In this document: in pieces, positions 1 to 10,282 of the stretch
Layout: every line of letters starts with the position of its first letter
Position numbering within the stretch: position 1 is the first letter of the stretch
NCBI GenBank assembly: GCA_910585895.1
Contig: CAJUHY010000004.1
Coordinates: forward strand, 5,010-69,009
Direction of reading: 5' to 3'
DNA: 64,000 nt
From: an uncultured Lachnospiraceae bacterium
GTDB taxonomy: Bacteria; Bacillota; Clostridia; Lachnospirales; Lachnospiraceae
The notes under the pieces: model-generated
Seen by the model: only the letters and a program-made list of their open reading frames with translations
Databases searched by the model: none
What the model was told of the DNA's origin: nothing
Made by a program: the position numbers and the translations under genes

Positions 1-2
1 GG

Positions 3-2639
3 CAGTTTCTGGGACAGATGGAGAAGCCGGATGTGGAGAAGATAGAAGGTCTTTCTCCGGCAATTTCCATTGACCAGAAATCCACGAACCGCAACCCGAG
101 ATCTACCGTGGGGACAGTCACGGAAATTTATGATTATTTTCGTCTGCTTTATGCCAGGATTGGTATTCCGCATTGCCCCAATTGCGGCAAAGAGATTAAG
201 AAACAGTCGGTAGACCAGATGGTAGACCAGATTATGTCCTTGCCTGAGGGCACGAAAATCCAGCTTCTGGCTCCGGTGGTGCGTGGACGCAAAGGAATGC
301 ATCAGAAATTGTTTGAGCAGGCGAAGCGCAGCGGTTATGTGAGAGTACAGGTTGATGGGAATGTCTATGATTTGTCGGAAGAGATTTCATTGGACAAGAA
401 TATCAAGCATAATATTGAAATTGTGGTGGACCGCCTTGTGGTAAAACCTGGTATTGAAAAGCGTCTCACCGATTCTGTGGAAAATGTGCTGGAACTTGCT
501 GAAGGACTGATGGCGGTAGATGTCATCGGTGGGGAGATGATTAATTTTTCACAGAGTTTTTCCTGTCCGGACTGTGGTATCAGCGTTGACGAGATTGAGC
601 CCAGGAGCTTTTCTTTTAACAACCCATTTGGCGCTTGTCCGGATTGTTTTGGATTGGGCTATAAGATGGAGTTTGACGTGGATCTGATGATTCCAGATAA
701 ATCGTTAAGCTTAACCGAGGGCGCCATTCAGGTGATGGGCTGGCAGTCCTCTACGGATAAAGGCAGCTTTACCAATGCTATTTTGGTTGCCTTAGCGAAA
801 GAGTATAAGTTTGATTTGGATATGCCCTATGAGGAACTTCCGGCAAAAGTGCAGGATGTTTTGCTCAATGGCACGGGCGGAAAGGAAATGAAAGTCCATT
901 ATAAGGGGCAGCGCGGCGAGGGCGTCTATGATGTGGCGTTTGAGGGGCTTATCCGCAATGTGCAGAGACGTTACCGGGAGACGGGTTCCGATACCATGAA
1001 ACAGGAATATGAGCAGTTTATGCGCGTAACGCCCTGTAAAGCGTGTGGCGGTCAACGTCTGAAACGCGAAGCCCTTGCAGTGACAATTGCTGACAAAAAT
1101 ATCTATGAGGTTACATCCGTCTCTATTCGTAAGCTTCAGGAATTCCTGGCAGGGATGGAACTGACGAAGCAGCAGCAGCTGATTGGTGCGCAGGTACTCA
1201 AAGAAATCAGGGCGCGTGTGGGATTTCTGGTGGACGTGGGACTGGATTACCTGACGCTTGCACGTGCTACGGGAAGTCTGTCCGGCGGGGAAGCACAGCG
1301 CATCCGTCTGGCGACCCAGATAGGTTCCGGGCTTGTAGGTGTGGCGTATATACTGGATGAGCCGAGCATTGGACTGCACCAGCGGGACAATGACAAGCTG
1401 TTAAATACCCTGAATAACCTTAAGAATTTGGGAAATACATTGATTGTGGTTGAGCATGATGAGGATACCATGCTGGCGGCGGACCATATTGTGGATATAG
1501 GTCCGGGAGCCGGAGAACATGGCGGCAAATTGGTCGCACAGGGGACAGCAAAGGATATCATGAAGAACCCCGATTCCGTAACAGGCGCATATCTCAGCGG
1601 CAGGATAAAGATTCCTGTGCCGGAGACGAGAAGAACGCCAACGGGATTTTTAAAAATAAAAGGAGCGCAGGAGAATAATCTGCAGAATATTAATGTGGAG
1701 ATTCCTTTAGGGGTGCTGACCTGCGTTACCGGAGTTTCCGGTTCTGGAAAATCTTCTCTGACAAACGAGATACTCTATAAACGGTTGGCGCGCGACTTGA
1801 ACCGTGCCAGGGTTATTCCGGGAAAACACAAAAGTATTGAGGGAATTGGGCAGTTAGATAAGGTGATTGATATTGACCAGTCTCCGATTGGCAGGACGCC
1901 GCGTTCTAACCCGGCAACGTATACCGGGGTGTTTGACCAGATTCGCGATTTGTTTGCGGCAACACCGGACGCCAAGGCGAAGGGCTATGCCAAAGGGAGA
2001 TTCAGTTTTAATGTAAAAGGCGGAAGATGCGAAGCTTGTTCCGGGGACGGTATTTTGAAGATTGAGATGCATTTTCTTCCAGATGTGTATGTACCCTGTG
2101 AAGTCTGCGGCGGTAAGCGATACAACCGCGAGACTCTGGAGGTCAAATATAAGGGAAAGAACATTTATGATGTACTGGATATGACGGTGGAAGAAGCTTT
2201 AACATTTTTTGAAAATGTACCTACCATCCGTAGAAAAATTGAGACTTTATATGATGTAGGGCTTTCCTATATTAAGCTTGGGCAGCCGTCCACAACACTG
2301 TCCGGCGGAGAAGCGCAGCGTATTAAGCTTGCCACGGAGCTGAGCCGCCGAAGTACCGGGAAGACGATTTATATTCTTGATGAGCCGACCACAGGACTTC
2401 ATTTTGCAGATGTGCATAAACTGACAGAAATTCTGCAGCGTCTTGCCGAGGGCGGAAATACGGTTGTGGTTATAGAGCATAATCTTGATGTGATTAAGAC
2501 AGCGGACCATATTATAGACATGGGGCCGGAGGGCGGAGATGGCGGCGGAAAAGTCATTGCCCAGGGGACGCCGGAAGAGGTGGCAGCGGTGGAAGGCTCC
2601 TATACCGGCAAATATATCCAAAAATATCTGCAAAGGTAA
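3..2639 (+). CDS. uvrA: Excinuclease ABC subunit A, 5' end outside the window
   Basis: The frame is open from base 3 ([11 protein letters not shown]...). It has SPAISIDQK, two LSGGEAQRI signatures, Walker A GVSGSGKS and Cys zinc fingers. Confidence 0.98.
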   Translation, partial: QFLGQMEKPDVEKIEGLSPAISIDQKSTNRNPRSTVGTVTEIYDYFRLLYARIGIPHCPNCGKEIKKQSVDQMVDQIMSLPEGTKIQLLAPVVRGRKGMHQKLFEQAKRSGYVRVQVDGNVYDLSEEISLDKNIKHNIEIVVDRLVVKPGIEKRLTDSVENVLELAEGLMAVDVIGGEMINFSQSFSCPDCGISVDEIEPRSFSFNNPFGACPDCFGLGYKMEFDVDLMIPDKSLSLTEGAIQVMGWQSSTDKGSFTNAILVALAKEYKFDLDMPYEELPAKVQDVLLNGTGGKEMKVHYKGQRGEGVYDVAFEGLIRNVQRRYRETGSDTMKQEYEQFMRVTPCKACGGQRLKREALAVTIADKNIYEVTSVSIRKLQEFLAGMELTKQQQLIGAQVLKEIRARVGFLVDVGLDYLTLARATGSLSGGEAQRIRLATQIGSGLVGVAYILDEPSIGLHQRDNDKLLNTLNNLKNLGNTLIVVEHDEDTMLAADHIVDIGPGAGEHGGKLVAQGTAKDIMKNPDSVTGAYLSGRIKIPVPETRRTPTGFLKIKGAQENNLQNINVEIPLGVLTCVTGVSGSGKSSLTNEILYKRLARDLNRARVIPGKHKSIEGIGQLDKVIDIDQSPIGRTPRSNPATYTGVFDQIRDLFAATPDAKAKGYAKGRFSFNVKGGRCEACSGDGILKIEMHFLPDVYVPCEVCGGKRYNRETLEVKYKGKNIYDVLDMTVEEALTFFENVPTIRRKIETLYDVGLSYIKLGQPSTTLSGGEAQRIKLATELSRRSTGKTIYILDEPTTGLHFADVHKLTEILQRLAEGGNTVVVIEHNLDVIKTADHIIDMGPEGGDGGGKVIAQGTPEEVAAVEGSYTGKYIQKYLQR

Positions 2640-2774
2640 GTCAGGAACTGACAAATCTGACAATTTAGCGTTGCCTTGCTCATGAGTGAGGACGGAGAAG
2701 GGGATTGAAAACGGCGGCTGCCGCGGCAGAATCTTTTCAGGAGATTTGATTTTCATAGAGTTCTCAATAGTTAC

Positions 2775-2803
2775 AAAAAGCTGTGCGGTCAGACCGCACA
2801 GCT
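2775..2803 (-). terminator. Intrinsic terminator on the minus strand
   Basis: Perfect inverted repeat AGCTGTGCGGTC(2779-2790)-A-GACCGCACAGCT(2792-2803). The A-run at 2775-2779 reads as a U-tail only on the minus strand. Confidence 0.75.
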
Positions 2804-2888
2804 AGGAGTCGGGGAGTACCTCCTGGATTCCGTAGAACCCAGGAAGCATGAGTTATGAAAAATTATATTAGCTTGTTAGCTAGTACAG
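2775..2888 (-). ncRNA. Candidate small regulatory RNA (~115 nt)
   Basis: Minus-strand TATACT at 2894-2899, three hairpins (2869-2882; 2819-2846 with cUACGg loop and G-U pairs; terminator 2779-2803), and no ORF in the supplied track. Confidence 0.55.
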
Positions 2889-2893
2889 GTATT

Positions 2894-2925
2894 AGTATAA
2901 CCGGAGAATGTGACAGATATGTGAA
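2894..2925 (-). promoter_or_regulatory. -10 box plus 11-bp-phased direct repeat (possible OmpR/PhoB-family regulator site)
   Basis: The minus strand reads TTCACA-tatct-GTCACA-ttctccggt-TATACT. Confidence 0.5.
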
Positions 2926-3034
2926 AATTTATAAAACATTTTCAAAAGAATATAAAAAATATATAAACTTCCCTAAGGATTTCCAGGAAAACACTTAAAT
3001 ATGGAAGTTTTTTATTTATTTTGAAAAAAACACT

Positions 3035-3062
3035 TTGAAAATCACTTATGATTGTATATAAT
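3035..3062 (+). promoter_or_regulatory. Putative sigma-A promoter of mreB
   Basis: TTGAAA-16 nt-TATAAT in an AT-rich region upstream of mreB. Confidence 0.45.
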
Positions 3063-3136
3063 GTATCTATGTATGGAAAAATAAAGTTATTACGTTCAGC
3101 GATATGCAGATAGAGAGACGAAAGGGGACAAACAAG

Positions 3137-4132
3137 ATGTCGACAGATATAGGAATCGATTTAGGAACAGCGAGCATCCTTGTATATATAAAAGGAAAAG
3201 GCGTTGTATTAAAGGAGCCTTCCGTGGTAGCCTTTGACAGGGATACCAACAAGATTAAAGCTATCGGCGAAGAGGCAAGGTTAATGCTTGGAAGAACGCC
3301 TGGAAACATTGTTGCGGTAAGACCTTTGCGTCAAGGGGTTATTTCTGACTACACAGTGACCGAAAAAATGTTAAGATACTTTATTCAGAAAGCCCTTGGC
3401 AAGAAAAGCTTCCGCAAACCTCGCATCAGTGTGTGTGTGCCCAGCGGCGTCACCGAGGTAGAGAAGAAAGCAGTAGAGGATGCTACCTACCAGGCAGGCG
3501 CAAGAGAGGTCTCCATCATTGAAGAGCCTATCGCTGCAGCAATCGGTGCAGGTGTAGATATCGCGAAACCCTGCGGCAATATGATTGTGGATATCGGCGG
3601 CGGCACGGCGGACATTGCAGTGATTTCTCTGGGAGGTACAGTGGTAAGTACTTCCATTAAGATAGCAGGGGATGATTTTGACGAGGCAATTGTCCGATAT
3701 ATGAGAAAGAAGCATAATCTTCTGATAGGTGAGAGGACCGCGGAAGATATTAAGATTAAAATTGGCACCTGCTTCCCACTTGCACAGAATGATACCATGG
3801 ATGTGAGGGGGCGTAATCTGGTGACCGGGCTGCCCAAGACGGTATCTGTATCTTCCGAGGAGACAGAGGAAGCGCTGCGTGAGGCCACATTGCAGATAGT
3901 GGAAGCTGTGCATAGCGTATTGGAGAAGACTCCGCCGGAACTTGCGGCTGATGTTGCAGACCGGGGAATTATCCTCACAGGCGGCGGCTCTCTGCTGCGC
4001 GGACTTGAAGAGCTCATTGAGGATAAAACTGGCATCAATACGATGACAGCGGAGGAACCGATGACCTGTGTCGCTATCGGCACGGGCAGATATGTGGAGT
4101 CCTTATCAGGGACAGTCAGGAAGGAAGAGTAA
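3137..4132 (+). CDS. mreB: Rod shape-determining protein MreB/Mbl
   Basis: DIGIDLGTA, VRPLRQGVI, DIGGGT and LTGGG actin-fold motifs. Start moved to ATG 3137, behind AAAGGGG. Confidence 0.95.
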   Translation: MSTDIGIDLGTASILVYIKGKGVVLKEPSVVAFDRDTNKIKAIGEEARLMLGRTPGNIVAVRPLRQGVISDYTVTEKMLRYFIQKALGKKSFRKPRISVCVPSGVTEVEKKAVEDATYQAGAREVSIIEEPIAAAIGAGVDIAKPCGNMIVDIGGGTADIAVISLGGTVVSTSIKIAGDDFDEAIVRYMRKKHNLLIGERTAEDIKIKIGTCFPLAQNDTMDVRGRNLVTGLPKTVSVSSEETEEALREATLQIVEAVHSVLEKTPPELAADVADRGIILTGGGSLLRGLEELIEDKTGINTMTAEEPMTCVAIGTGRYVESLSGTVRKEE

Positions 4133-4218
4133 TTTTTGGCGCAATACACTGTGTGGCGCGCAGGCAGTCAGGGCTAGGATAGAGTAACAGATAATCAGCA
4201 TACAAAGGAGCAGAGATT

Positions 4219-5016
4219 ATGGTAAAAGGATTATATACGGCATATACCGGTATGATTAATCAGCAGAACCGCATGGACGTACTCACCAACAATCTTGCCA
4301 ATTCAGCAACCAACGGATTTAAGAAGGAAGGCGCTACTTCTCAGGCCTTTGACGAGATGCTGGCAATTAAGATTAAGGACACTTCAACCTATAATCTGCC
4401 GAGGGGCATTGGGGATGTTTCCCTCGGAGTTAAGATTGGTGAATGCTATACCGATTACGGACAGGGTTCTTTTCGTGTGACAGATAACATTTACGATATG
4501 GCGATTGACGGAGATGGTTTCTTTGGCATTTCTTATACGAATAAGGCGGGAGAGACTTCTGTTAAATATACCAGAGACGGAGCTTTTACCGTGACCCGTG
4601 AAGGGTATCTGGTAACTAAGGACGGAGATTATGTGTTAAACCAGGCGGCAGCCCAGGCGGGCAACCCAGGGCAGGCTGGTTACATAAGGGTGGATCCTAA
4701 CATACAACTGGTAGTAGATGACAACGGTAATCTTTATCAGAATAATCAGCAGGTGGGACAGATTGGCGTTGTTGATTTTGCAGATTATAACTTCTTAGCT
4801 AAATATGGCGAGAATATGTATGACCTTGTGGAGGGAGGACAGGTGCAGAATTCCACGGCAAGGGTAGAACAGGGTACATTGGAGATGTCCAATGTAAATG
4901 TTGTTTCTGAGATGGTGGAGATGATTAACATTTCCCGTGCATATGAGAGCAACCAGAAGATAATACAGACAATAGACAGTACACTTGAGAAAGCCGTAGT
5001 AATGGGCAAGGCATAG
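4219..5016 (+). CDS. Flagellar hook-basal body rod protein (FlgF/FlgG family, FlhO-like)
   Basis: NNLAN...GFK N-terminus, YTRDGAF, and LEMSNVNVVSEMVEMI C-terminus. Confidence 0.92.
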   Translation: MVKGLYTAYTGMINQQNRMDVLTNNLANSATNGFKKEGATSQAFDEMLAIKIKDTSTYNLPRGIGDVSLGVKIGECYTDYGQGSFRVTDNIYDMAIDGDGFFGISYTNKAGETSVKYTRDGAFTVTREGYLVTKDGDYVLNQAAAQAGNPGQAGYIRVDPNIQLVVDDNGNLYQNNQQVGQIGVVDFADYNFLAKYGENMYDLVEGGQVQNSTARVEQGTLEMSNVNVVSEMVEMINISRAYESNQKIIQTIDSTLEKAVVMGKA

Positions 5017-5033
5017 AAAGGAGTTGTTTTTAA

Positions 5034-5852
5034 ATGATGAGATCTTTGTGGTCGGCAGCATCCGGCATGATTTCACAGCAGACAGCGGTAGATACGATTG
5101 CGAATAATCTGGCAAATGTCAACACCACTGGCTATAAGACAGAGAAGGCGGAGTTTAAATCTCTGCTGTACCAAACGTTACAGACGAGGACTACCACGGC
5201 AAATGGGGAGCAGAAACCCATATCCGCACAGGTTGGTCTGGGAACCAGAGTGGCATCCATTACCTCCAATTTTGTACAGGGCTCGCATTTGGACAGCGAG
5301 AGCTATACGGCAATGGCAATTGACGGCGATGGGTTCTTTGCCGTAAGAGGTGCAGACGGCAATACATACTATACGAGAAATGGTGATTTTAAGCTGAGCG
5401 TGGGCAATGATGGGAATCTTACGCTGGTAACTTCCAATGGATACCCGGTTCTTGACACGAATGGCAACCCTATTGAAATCCCGGGCGGTGTGAACGCCAG
5501 CAAGATGGTTGTTGACCAGGATGGAGCGTTTGGCTATAAAGATGCTCAGAATAATTACGTTGCCCTCAACCAGTCAATTGGATTGTATCAGTTCAATAAT
5601 CCGGCAGGGCTTGACAAATTGACAAATAGCCTTCTCGGCGTTACCGATGCTTCTGGGCAGCCGTTGAACGAGGCTACAACTCAGGGACTTACATTGAGCG
5701 CTATACGTCAGGGTTATTTGGAAGGTTCCAATGTACAGGTGGCAGACGAGATGGTCAACCTGATTGTGGCACAGAGGGCATATGAGATGAATTCCAAAGC
5801 AATTCAGACGTCAGATGATATGCTTGGTCAGGCAAACCAGCTCAAACGATAA
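5034..5852 (+). CDS. flgG: Flagellar basal-body rod protein FlgG family
   Basis: IANNLANVNTTGYK, YTRNGDF, LEGSNVQVADEMVNLIVAQRAYEMNSK. Confidence 0.9.
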   Translation: MMRSLWSAASGMISQQTAVDTIANNLANVNTTGYKTEKAEFKSLLYQTLQTRTTTANGEQKPISAQVGLGTRVASITSNFVQGSHLDSESYTAMAIDGDGFFAVRGADGNTYYTRNGDFKLSVGNDGNLTLVTSNGYPVLDTNGNPIEIPGGVNASKMVVDQDGAFGYKDAQNNYVALNQSIGLYQFNNPAGLDKLTNSLLGVTDASGQPLNEATTQGLTLSAIRQGYLEGSNVQVADEMVNLIVAQRAYEMNSKAIQTSDDMLGQANQLKR

Positions 5853-5874
5853 TTGACAGAGAGGGGGAAATATT

Positions 5875-6228
5875 ATGAGTCTTACAATTGACGGCTTGAA
5901 TGCTTTGTATGATACCAACAGCACAATGACTGATAATTCCACCAGTAAGCTGGAGGAGACCTTGAACTCTGATTTGTCTAAAGCCACAGAAGATGAGCTG
6001 ATGGATGTCTGTAAGGATTTTGAAGCATATTTTACAGAGCAGATGTTTAAGGCGATGCAGAAGATGATTCCTGAATCTGAGGAGGTTTCCTCCTACACCC
6101 GGCAGATTCAGGACTATTATAAGGAGCAGATGGTCCAGAGTTTTGCAGATCAGTCGGCAAACGGCGATGGATTGGGGATTGCGCAGATGCTTTATGAGCA
6201 GATGAAGCGCAATTACGGGCTGGAATAA
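5875..6228 (+). CDS. FlgJ-like rod-binding domain protein
   Basis: L...CKDFEAYF..QM.KAM...GLGIAQMLYEQM pattern; follows flgG. Confidence 0.8.
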   Translation: MSLTIDGLNALYDTNSTMTDNSTSKLEETLNSDLSKATEDELMDVCKDFEAYFTEQMFKAMQKMIPESEEVSSYTRQIQDYYKEQMVQSFADQSANGDGLGIAQMLYEQMKRNYGLE

Positions 6229-6232
6229 AGAC

Positions 6233-8437
6233 GTGGAGACACTGAGCGGATATGTAGATCATATTGTATTCCAGAACAGCGATAACGGCTATACAGTGTT
6301 GGATTTTGTGAGTGGGGATGAGGAGATTACCTGCGTGGGTATTTTCCATGGTGTTGGGGAAGGCGAGACGCTGGAACTGACAGGGGAATACACGAACCAT
6401 CCTTCCTATGGCAGACAATTCAAGATGCAGTTCTTTCAGGTCAAATCACCGGAGGATATCTTATCCATTGAGCGATATCTGGGGTCCGGAGCTATCAAAG
6501 GAATCGGCGCGGCGCTGGCAGCAAGAATCGTCCGCAAATTTAAAGAAGATACGTTCCGTATTATGGAAGAGGAGCCCGAACGGCTTGCTGAGGTTAAAGG
6601 AATCAGCGAACGCAAGGCTATGGAGATTGCAGAACAGGTGGAAGGGAAACGCGAACTGCGGCAGGCGATGATATTCCTGCAGCAGTATGGCATTTCTCAG
6701 GCGCTTTCCGTAAAGATTTATCAGACATACGGACAGGAACTTTATACAATATTAAAAGAGAACCCATACCGTCTGGCAGATGATATCCAGGGTGTGGGTT
6801 TTCGTATTGCTGACGAGATTGCCGGCAGGCTGGGAATTCACACTGATTCTGATTTCCGGGTGCGCAGCGGTATCCAATATACGCTGGTTCAGGCGGCAAC
6901 GGAAGGACATACTTGTTTGCCTGAGCAAATTCTGACCCAGAGGGCGGGTGAACTTCTGGGACTTAGTGCGGAATACATAGAGAAGCATTATATGGACCTT
7001 GCCATAGAGAAGAAAGTGATGATTAAGGAGGCGGAGGGCGTACGGTTTCTCTATGCTGCAAAATATTATTATATGGAACTGAATACGGCTGCCATGCTGA
7101 GCAGGCTGGACCTTTCCTATGATGTGCCGGAAATTGAGATAAAAAGCCGAATCCGTGCAATTGAAAAGAGCACAGGGATGGAACTGGATGAATTGCAGGC
7201 TAAGGCAGTCATAGAGGCAGTCTGCAACGGCACAGTGGTAATCACTGGCGGTCCGGGAACCGGAAAGACAACCACCATCAATACAATTATCCGTTATTTC
7301 GAGATGGAAGGGATGGACATTTTTCTGGCAGCGCCCACCGGACGTGCAGCAAAGCGCATGAGCGAGACCACGGGGGTTGAGGCAAAGACTATTCACCGTA
7401 TGCTGGAACTGAACGGCGGTGTGGAAGGTGAGGCAGGGTTTGAACGCAATGAGCAAAATCCTCTGGAGGCAGATGTTATTATCGTGGATGAGATGTCTAT
7501 GGTGGATATTTCCCTGATGCATTCCCTGCTGAAAGCGGTAGTGAAAGGAACGCGGCTGGTGCTGGTGGGCGATGTCAATCAGCTGCCCAGCGTGGGACCG
7601 GGGAGTGTGCTGCGGGATATTATAGAATCGGAACGTTTTCATGTCGTCCGCCTGACCAAAATATTCCGCCAGGCGGCGCAGAGCGATATCGTTGTCAATG
7701 CCCATAAGATTAATCGTGGTGAGGAAGTGACGCTGGACAATAAGAGCATGGATTTCTTTTTTCTCAAACGGTATGACGCCAACGTGATAATCAGTGTGGT
7801 CATTCAGCTGATTCAGCAGAAGCTGCCGAAGTTTGTGGAGGCAGAACCATTTGATATTCAGGTGCTGACACCCATGCGCAAAGGGCTTTTAGGCGTAGAG
7901 CGTCTGAATAACATTTTACAGAGGTATCTGAACCCGCCGGATGAGGGCAAGAAAGAAAAGGAGCATGGCGATATGGTTTTCCGTGAGGGGGACAAGGTCA
8001 TGCAGGTGAAAAATAACTATCAGCTGGAGTGGGAAATCCGCAGCCGCTATGGACTGGCAATTGATAAGGGGATGGGCGTGTTCAACGGCGATATGGGCAA
8101 AATCCGCAGCATAGACGATTATCAGGAGATTGTAACTGTGGAATTTGAAGAGAGCAGACTGGTGGATTATGCGTTTAAACAGTTGGATGAATTGGAACTG
8201 GCATACGCCATCACTATCCATAAATCCCAGGGAAGTGAATATCCGGCAGTGGTGATACCGCTGCTGACAGGTCCCAGGATGCTGATGAACCGCAATCTTC
8301 TTTATACGGCGGTTACCCGGGCAAAAAGGTGCGTGACGCTGGTGGGCAATGACCGGACGTTTGGGGAAATGATTGGCAACGTCAGCGAACAGAAACGATA
8401 TACCGGGCTGAAAAACCGTCTGCAGGAAAACCAGTAA
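6233..8437 (+). CDS. recD2: ATP-dependent RecD-like DNA helicase
   Basis: HhH repeats (IKGIG), ITGGPGTGKTT, LAAPTGRAAKR, DEMSM, AYAITIHKSQGSE. Confidence 0.95.
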   Translation: METLSGYVDHIVFQNSDNGYTVLDFVSGDEEITCVGIFHGVGEGETLELTGEYTNHPSYGRQFKMQFFQVKSPEDILSIERYLGSGAIKGIGAALAARIVRKFKEDTFRIMEEEPERLAEVKGISERKAMEIAEQVEGKRELRQAMIFLQQYGISQALSVKIYQTYGQELYTILKENPYRLADDIQGVGFRIADEIAGRLGIHTDSDFRVRSGIQYTLVQAATEGHTCLPEQILTQRAGELLGLSAEYIEKHYMDLAIEKKVMIKEAEGVRFLYAAKYYYMELNTAAMLSRLDLSYDVPEIEIKSRIRAIEKSTGMELDELQAKAVIEAVCNGTVVITGGPGTGKTTTINTIIRYFEMEGMDIFLAAPTGRAAKRMSETTGVEAKTIHRMLELNGGVEGEAGFERNEQNPLEADVIIVDEMSMVDISLMHSLLKAVVKGTRLVLVGDVNQLPSVGPGSVLRDIIESERFHVVRLTKIFRQAAQSDIVVNAHKINRGEEVTLDNKSMDFFFLKRYDANVIISVVIQLIQQKLPKFVEAEPFDIQVLTPMRKGLLGVERLNNILQRYLNPPDEGKKEKEHGDMVFREGDKVMQVKNNYQLEWEIRSRYGLAIDKGMGVFNGDMGKIRSIDDYQEIVTVEFEESRLVDYAFKQLDELELAYAITIHKSQGSEYPAVVIPLLTGPRMLMNRNLLYTAVTRAKRCVTLVGNDRTFGEMIGNVSEQKRYTGLKNRLQENQ

Positions 8438-8566
8438 TGTTTTCATATATAGAATGTGGCTGCGGGTGAACAGCAAAGCCTTAAGCATGTTAATGAAATC
8501 TTTAGAAAATATTGGTGGAAACAGAGATATGTCTATGTTAGAATGATAGCAGCTTGAGAGATATTT

Positions 8567-9316
8567 TTGGAAAATTACATGAAATTTTATCACCGGCATT
8601 TGATGAATCTTTTGTTTCCGCCGCGTTGTCCATTTTGTGACAGGGTCATGTTTTCATCTGTATTTCTGCCGCCGGAATTTGTCTGCGCAGCGTGCAGAAG
8701 GAAGGCGGAATACGTAAGGGAACCGGTTTGTAAGAAGTGCGGAAAGCCCCTGGATGATGAGCAGCAGGAATATTGCTATGACTGCATACATCACAGACAT
8801 GAATTTGTGCAGGGCAAAGCGCTCTGGGTTTACCGGGGCTCGGCAAAGAAGTCTGTTTACCGCTTCAAGTACCATGGGCGGCAGGAATATGCACGGTTTT
8901 ATGCCGCAGAACTGGTGGAGGCATATGGCGGCTGGATAAAACGCTGCGGGATTGAGGCGTTGGTTCCTATTCCGTTGTTCCGAAGAAGACAGCGGCAGCG
9001 GGGATTTAACCAGGCGGAGCGTATTGCCAGAGAGGTCGGCAGGCGGATGGATATACCTGTGTATGGGAAATTACTGGTCCGTGTGCGTGATACAAGGGCG
9101 CAGAAAGAATTAAATGATGAAGAACGTAAAATTAATTTGAAAAAGGCTTTTAAAACATCGTCAAATAAGGTACAATTAAATCATATATTACTTATTGATG
9201 ATATATATACAACAGGAAGTACGATGAACGAAGCGGCAGTCGAACTTAAGCGTTCAGGCGTGGGAGAAGTTTACTGTTTGAGTCTTTGCATCGGAAGAGG
9301 CTATCAGGAGGAATAA
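8567..9316 (+). CDS. comF: ComF family protein (double zinc ribbon + phosphoribosyltransferase fold)
   Basis: LFPPRCPFC, RGFNQA, ILLIDDIYTTGST. The start may be ATG 8579. Confidence 0.9.
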   Translation: MENYMKFYHRHLMNLLFPPRCPFCDRVMFSSVFLPPEFVCAACRRKAEYVREPVCKKCGKPLDDEQQEYCYDCIHHRHEFVQGKALWVYRGSAKKSVYRFKYHGRQEYARFYAAELVEAYGGWIKRCGIEALVPIPLFRRRQRQRGFNQAERIAREVGRRMDIPVYGKLLVRVRDTRAQKELNDEERKINLKKAFKTSSNKVQLNHILLIDDIYTTGSTMNEAAVELKRSGVGEVYCLSLCIGRGYQEE

Positions 9317-9320
9317 GGAT

Positions 9321-9731
9321 ATGGAAGTTAGAAATTGCAAGGGCTGTGGAAGGCTTTTTAATTATCTGCAGGGTCCGCCATTGTGTCCGGGCTGCATTGG
9401 AAATCTTGAAGAAAAATTTCAACAGGTAAAGGCATTTTTGAGGGAAAACCCTAATGCTCCCCTTGGTGTCGTGTCGGAAGAGAATGATGTATCTGCAAAG
9501 CAGATTCGGCAGTGGGTTCGGGAAGAGCGCCTTACTTTCACAGAAGAATCCCAGATTACCTTGGAGTGCGAGGGATGTGGGGCCAGTATATTAACGGGAA
9601 GATACTGCAGTAAATGTAAGAATGGTCTTATCAGTGATTTGAACGGCGCAGTTAAACGACCTCAGGCAACGCTTATACAGCAGCCACAGAAAGGGTCGGA
9701 GAAGGACCGTATGAGATTTTTAGAGAAATAA
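9321..9731 (+). CDS. YvyF-like flagellar operon protein
   Basis: NCKGCGRLF...LCPGC, WVREERL and a second CxxC pair; conserved position after comF. Confidence 0.82.
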   Translation: MEVRNCKGCGRLFNYLQGPPLCPGCIGNLEEKFQQVKAFLRENPNAPLGVVSEENDVSAKQIRQWVREERLTFTEESQITLECEGCGASILTGRYCSKCKNGLISDLNGAVKRPQATLIQQPQKGSEKDRMRFLEK

Positions 9732-9868
9732 GATTGTATGCAGATGTTGAACATCAGATAGATTGAGAGGCCTTGGAAAGATGTAATTTTCAAGGTTTCG
9801 TCTGCTGTTATAGATGAAGCTGGATTTGTCTGTTATCTATAAAGTGGAAGCAACAAAGGCGGTTAATT

Positions 9869-10282
9869 ATGCTCAGTGAAGAACGTATTCGTCTGATGAC
9901 GAAGATGGCCTCCTATGAAGAGGGAGAGGGAAAAGAATATATGCCCATCAAGCAGTATTACCGAAAAGACTATGTGACGTTGGGGATGCTTAAGACATTT
10001 ATCACTTCCAGCATAGCTTTTGGGATTCTGTTTTTGTGCTGGATTCTCTATGAGATGGAAAATATTACAGAGATTCTGGCAGGCAGGGACCTGGCGGAGC
10101 TGGGAGCTTTTGTGCTGGCCATCTACATTGGCTTTGTTGCAGTCTATCAGGTGATAGCCCTGTTGGTGTATAACAGGCGTTATACCAGGGCAACTTTGAG
10201 TATCAAAGAGTACCATTCTTTGATGAAAAAGGTGCAGAGGCTTCAGGAGAAAGAAGAGAGGTCACTGCCCTTGGAGGAGTGA
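9869..10282 (+). CDS. Hypothetical membrane protein (2 TM)
   Basis: 137-aa ORF with two hydrophobic segments, overlapping the next start. Confidence 0.75.
   Translation: MLSEERIRLMTKMASYEEGEGKEYMPIKQYYRKDYVTLGMLKTFITSSIAFGILFLCWILYEMENITEILAGRDLAELGAFVLAIYIGFVAVYQVIALLVYNRRYTRATLSIKEYHSLMKKVQRLQEKEERSLPLEE

Noticed and set aside
2674..2729. Palindromes CCTTGCTCATGAGTGAGG and CTGCCGCGGCAG after uvrA
   Set aside because: Short, without a U-tail or a second copy; could be chance.
3081..3105. Sigma-28 promoter (TAAA...GCGATAT) upstream of mreB and the rod genes
   Set aside because: Spacing is about 3 nt shorter than consensus. A second candidate before 4219 (TCAG-N15-ACAGATAA) matches too weakly.
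9731..9868. c-di-AMP or other riboswitch upstream of the cdaA gene cluster
   Set aside because: Only short imperfect hairpins; I see no ydaO or GEMM consensus motifs.
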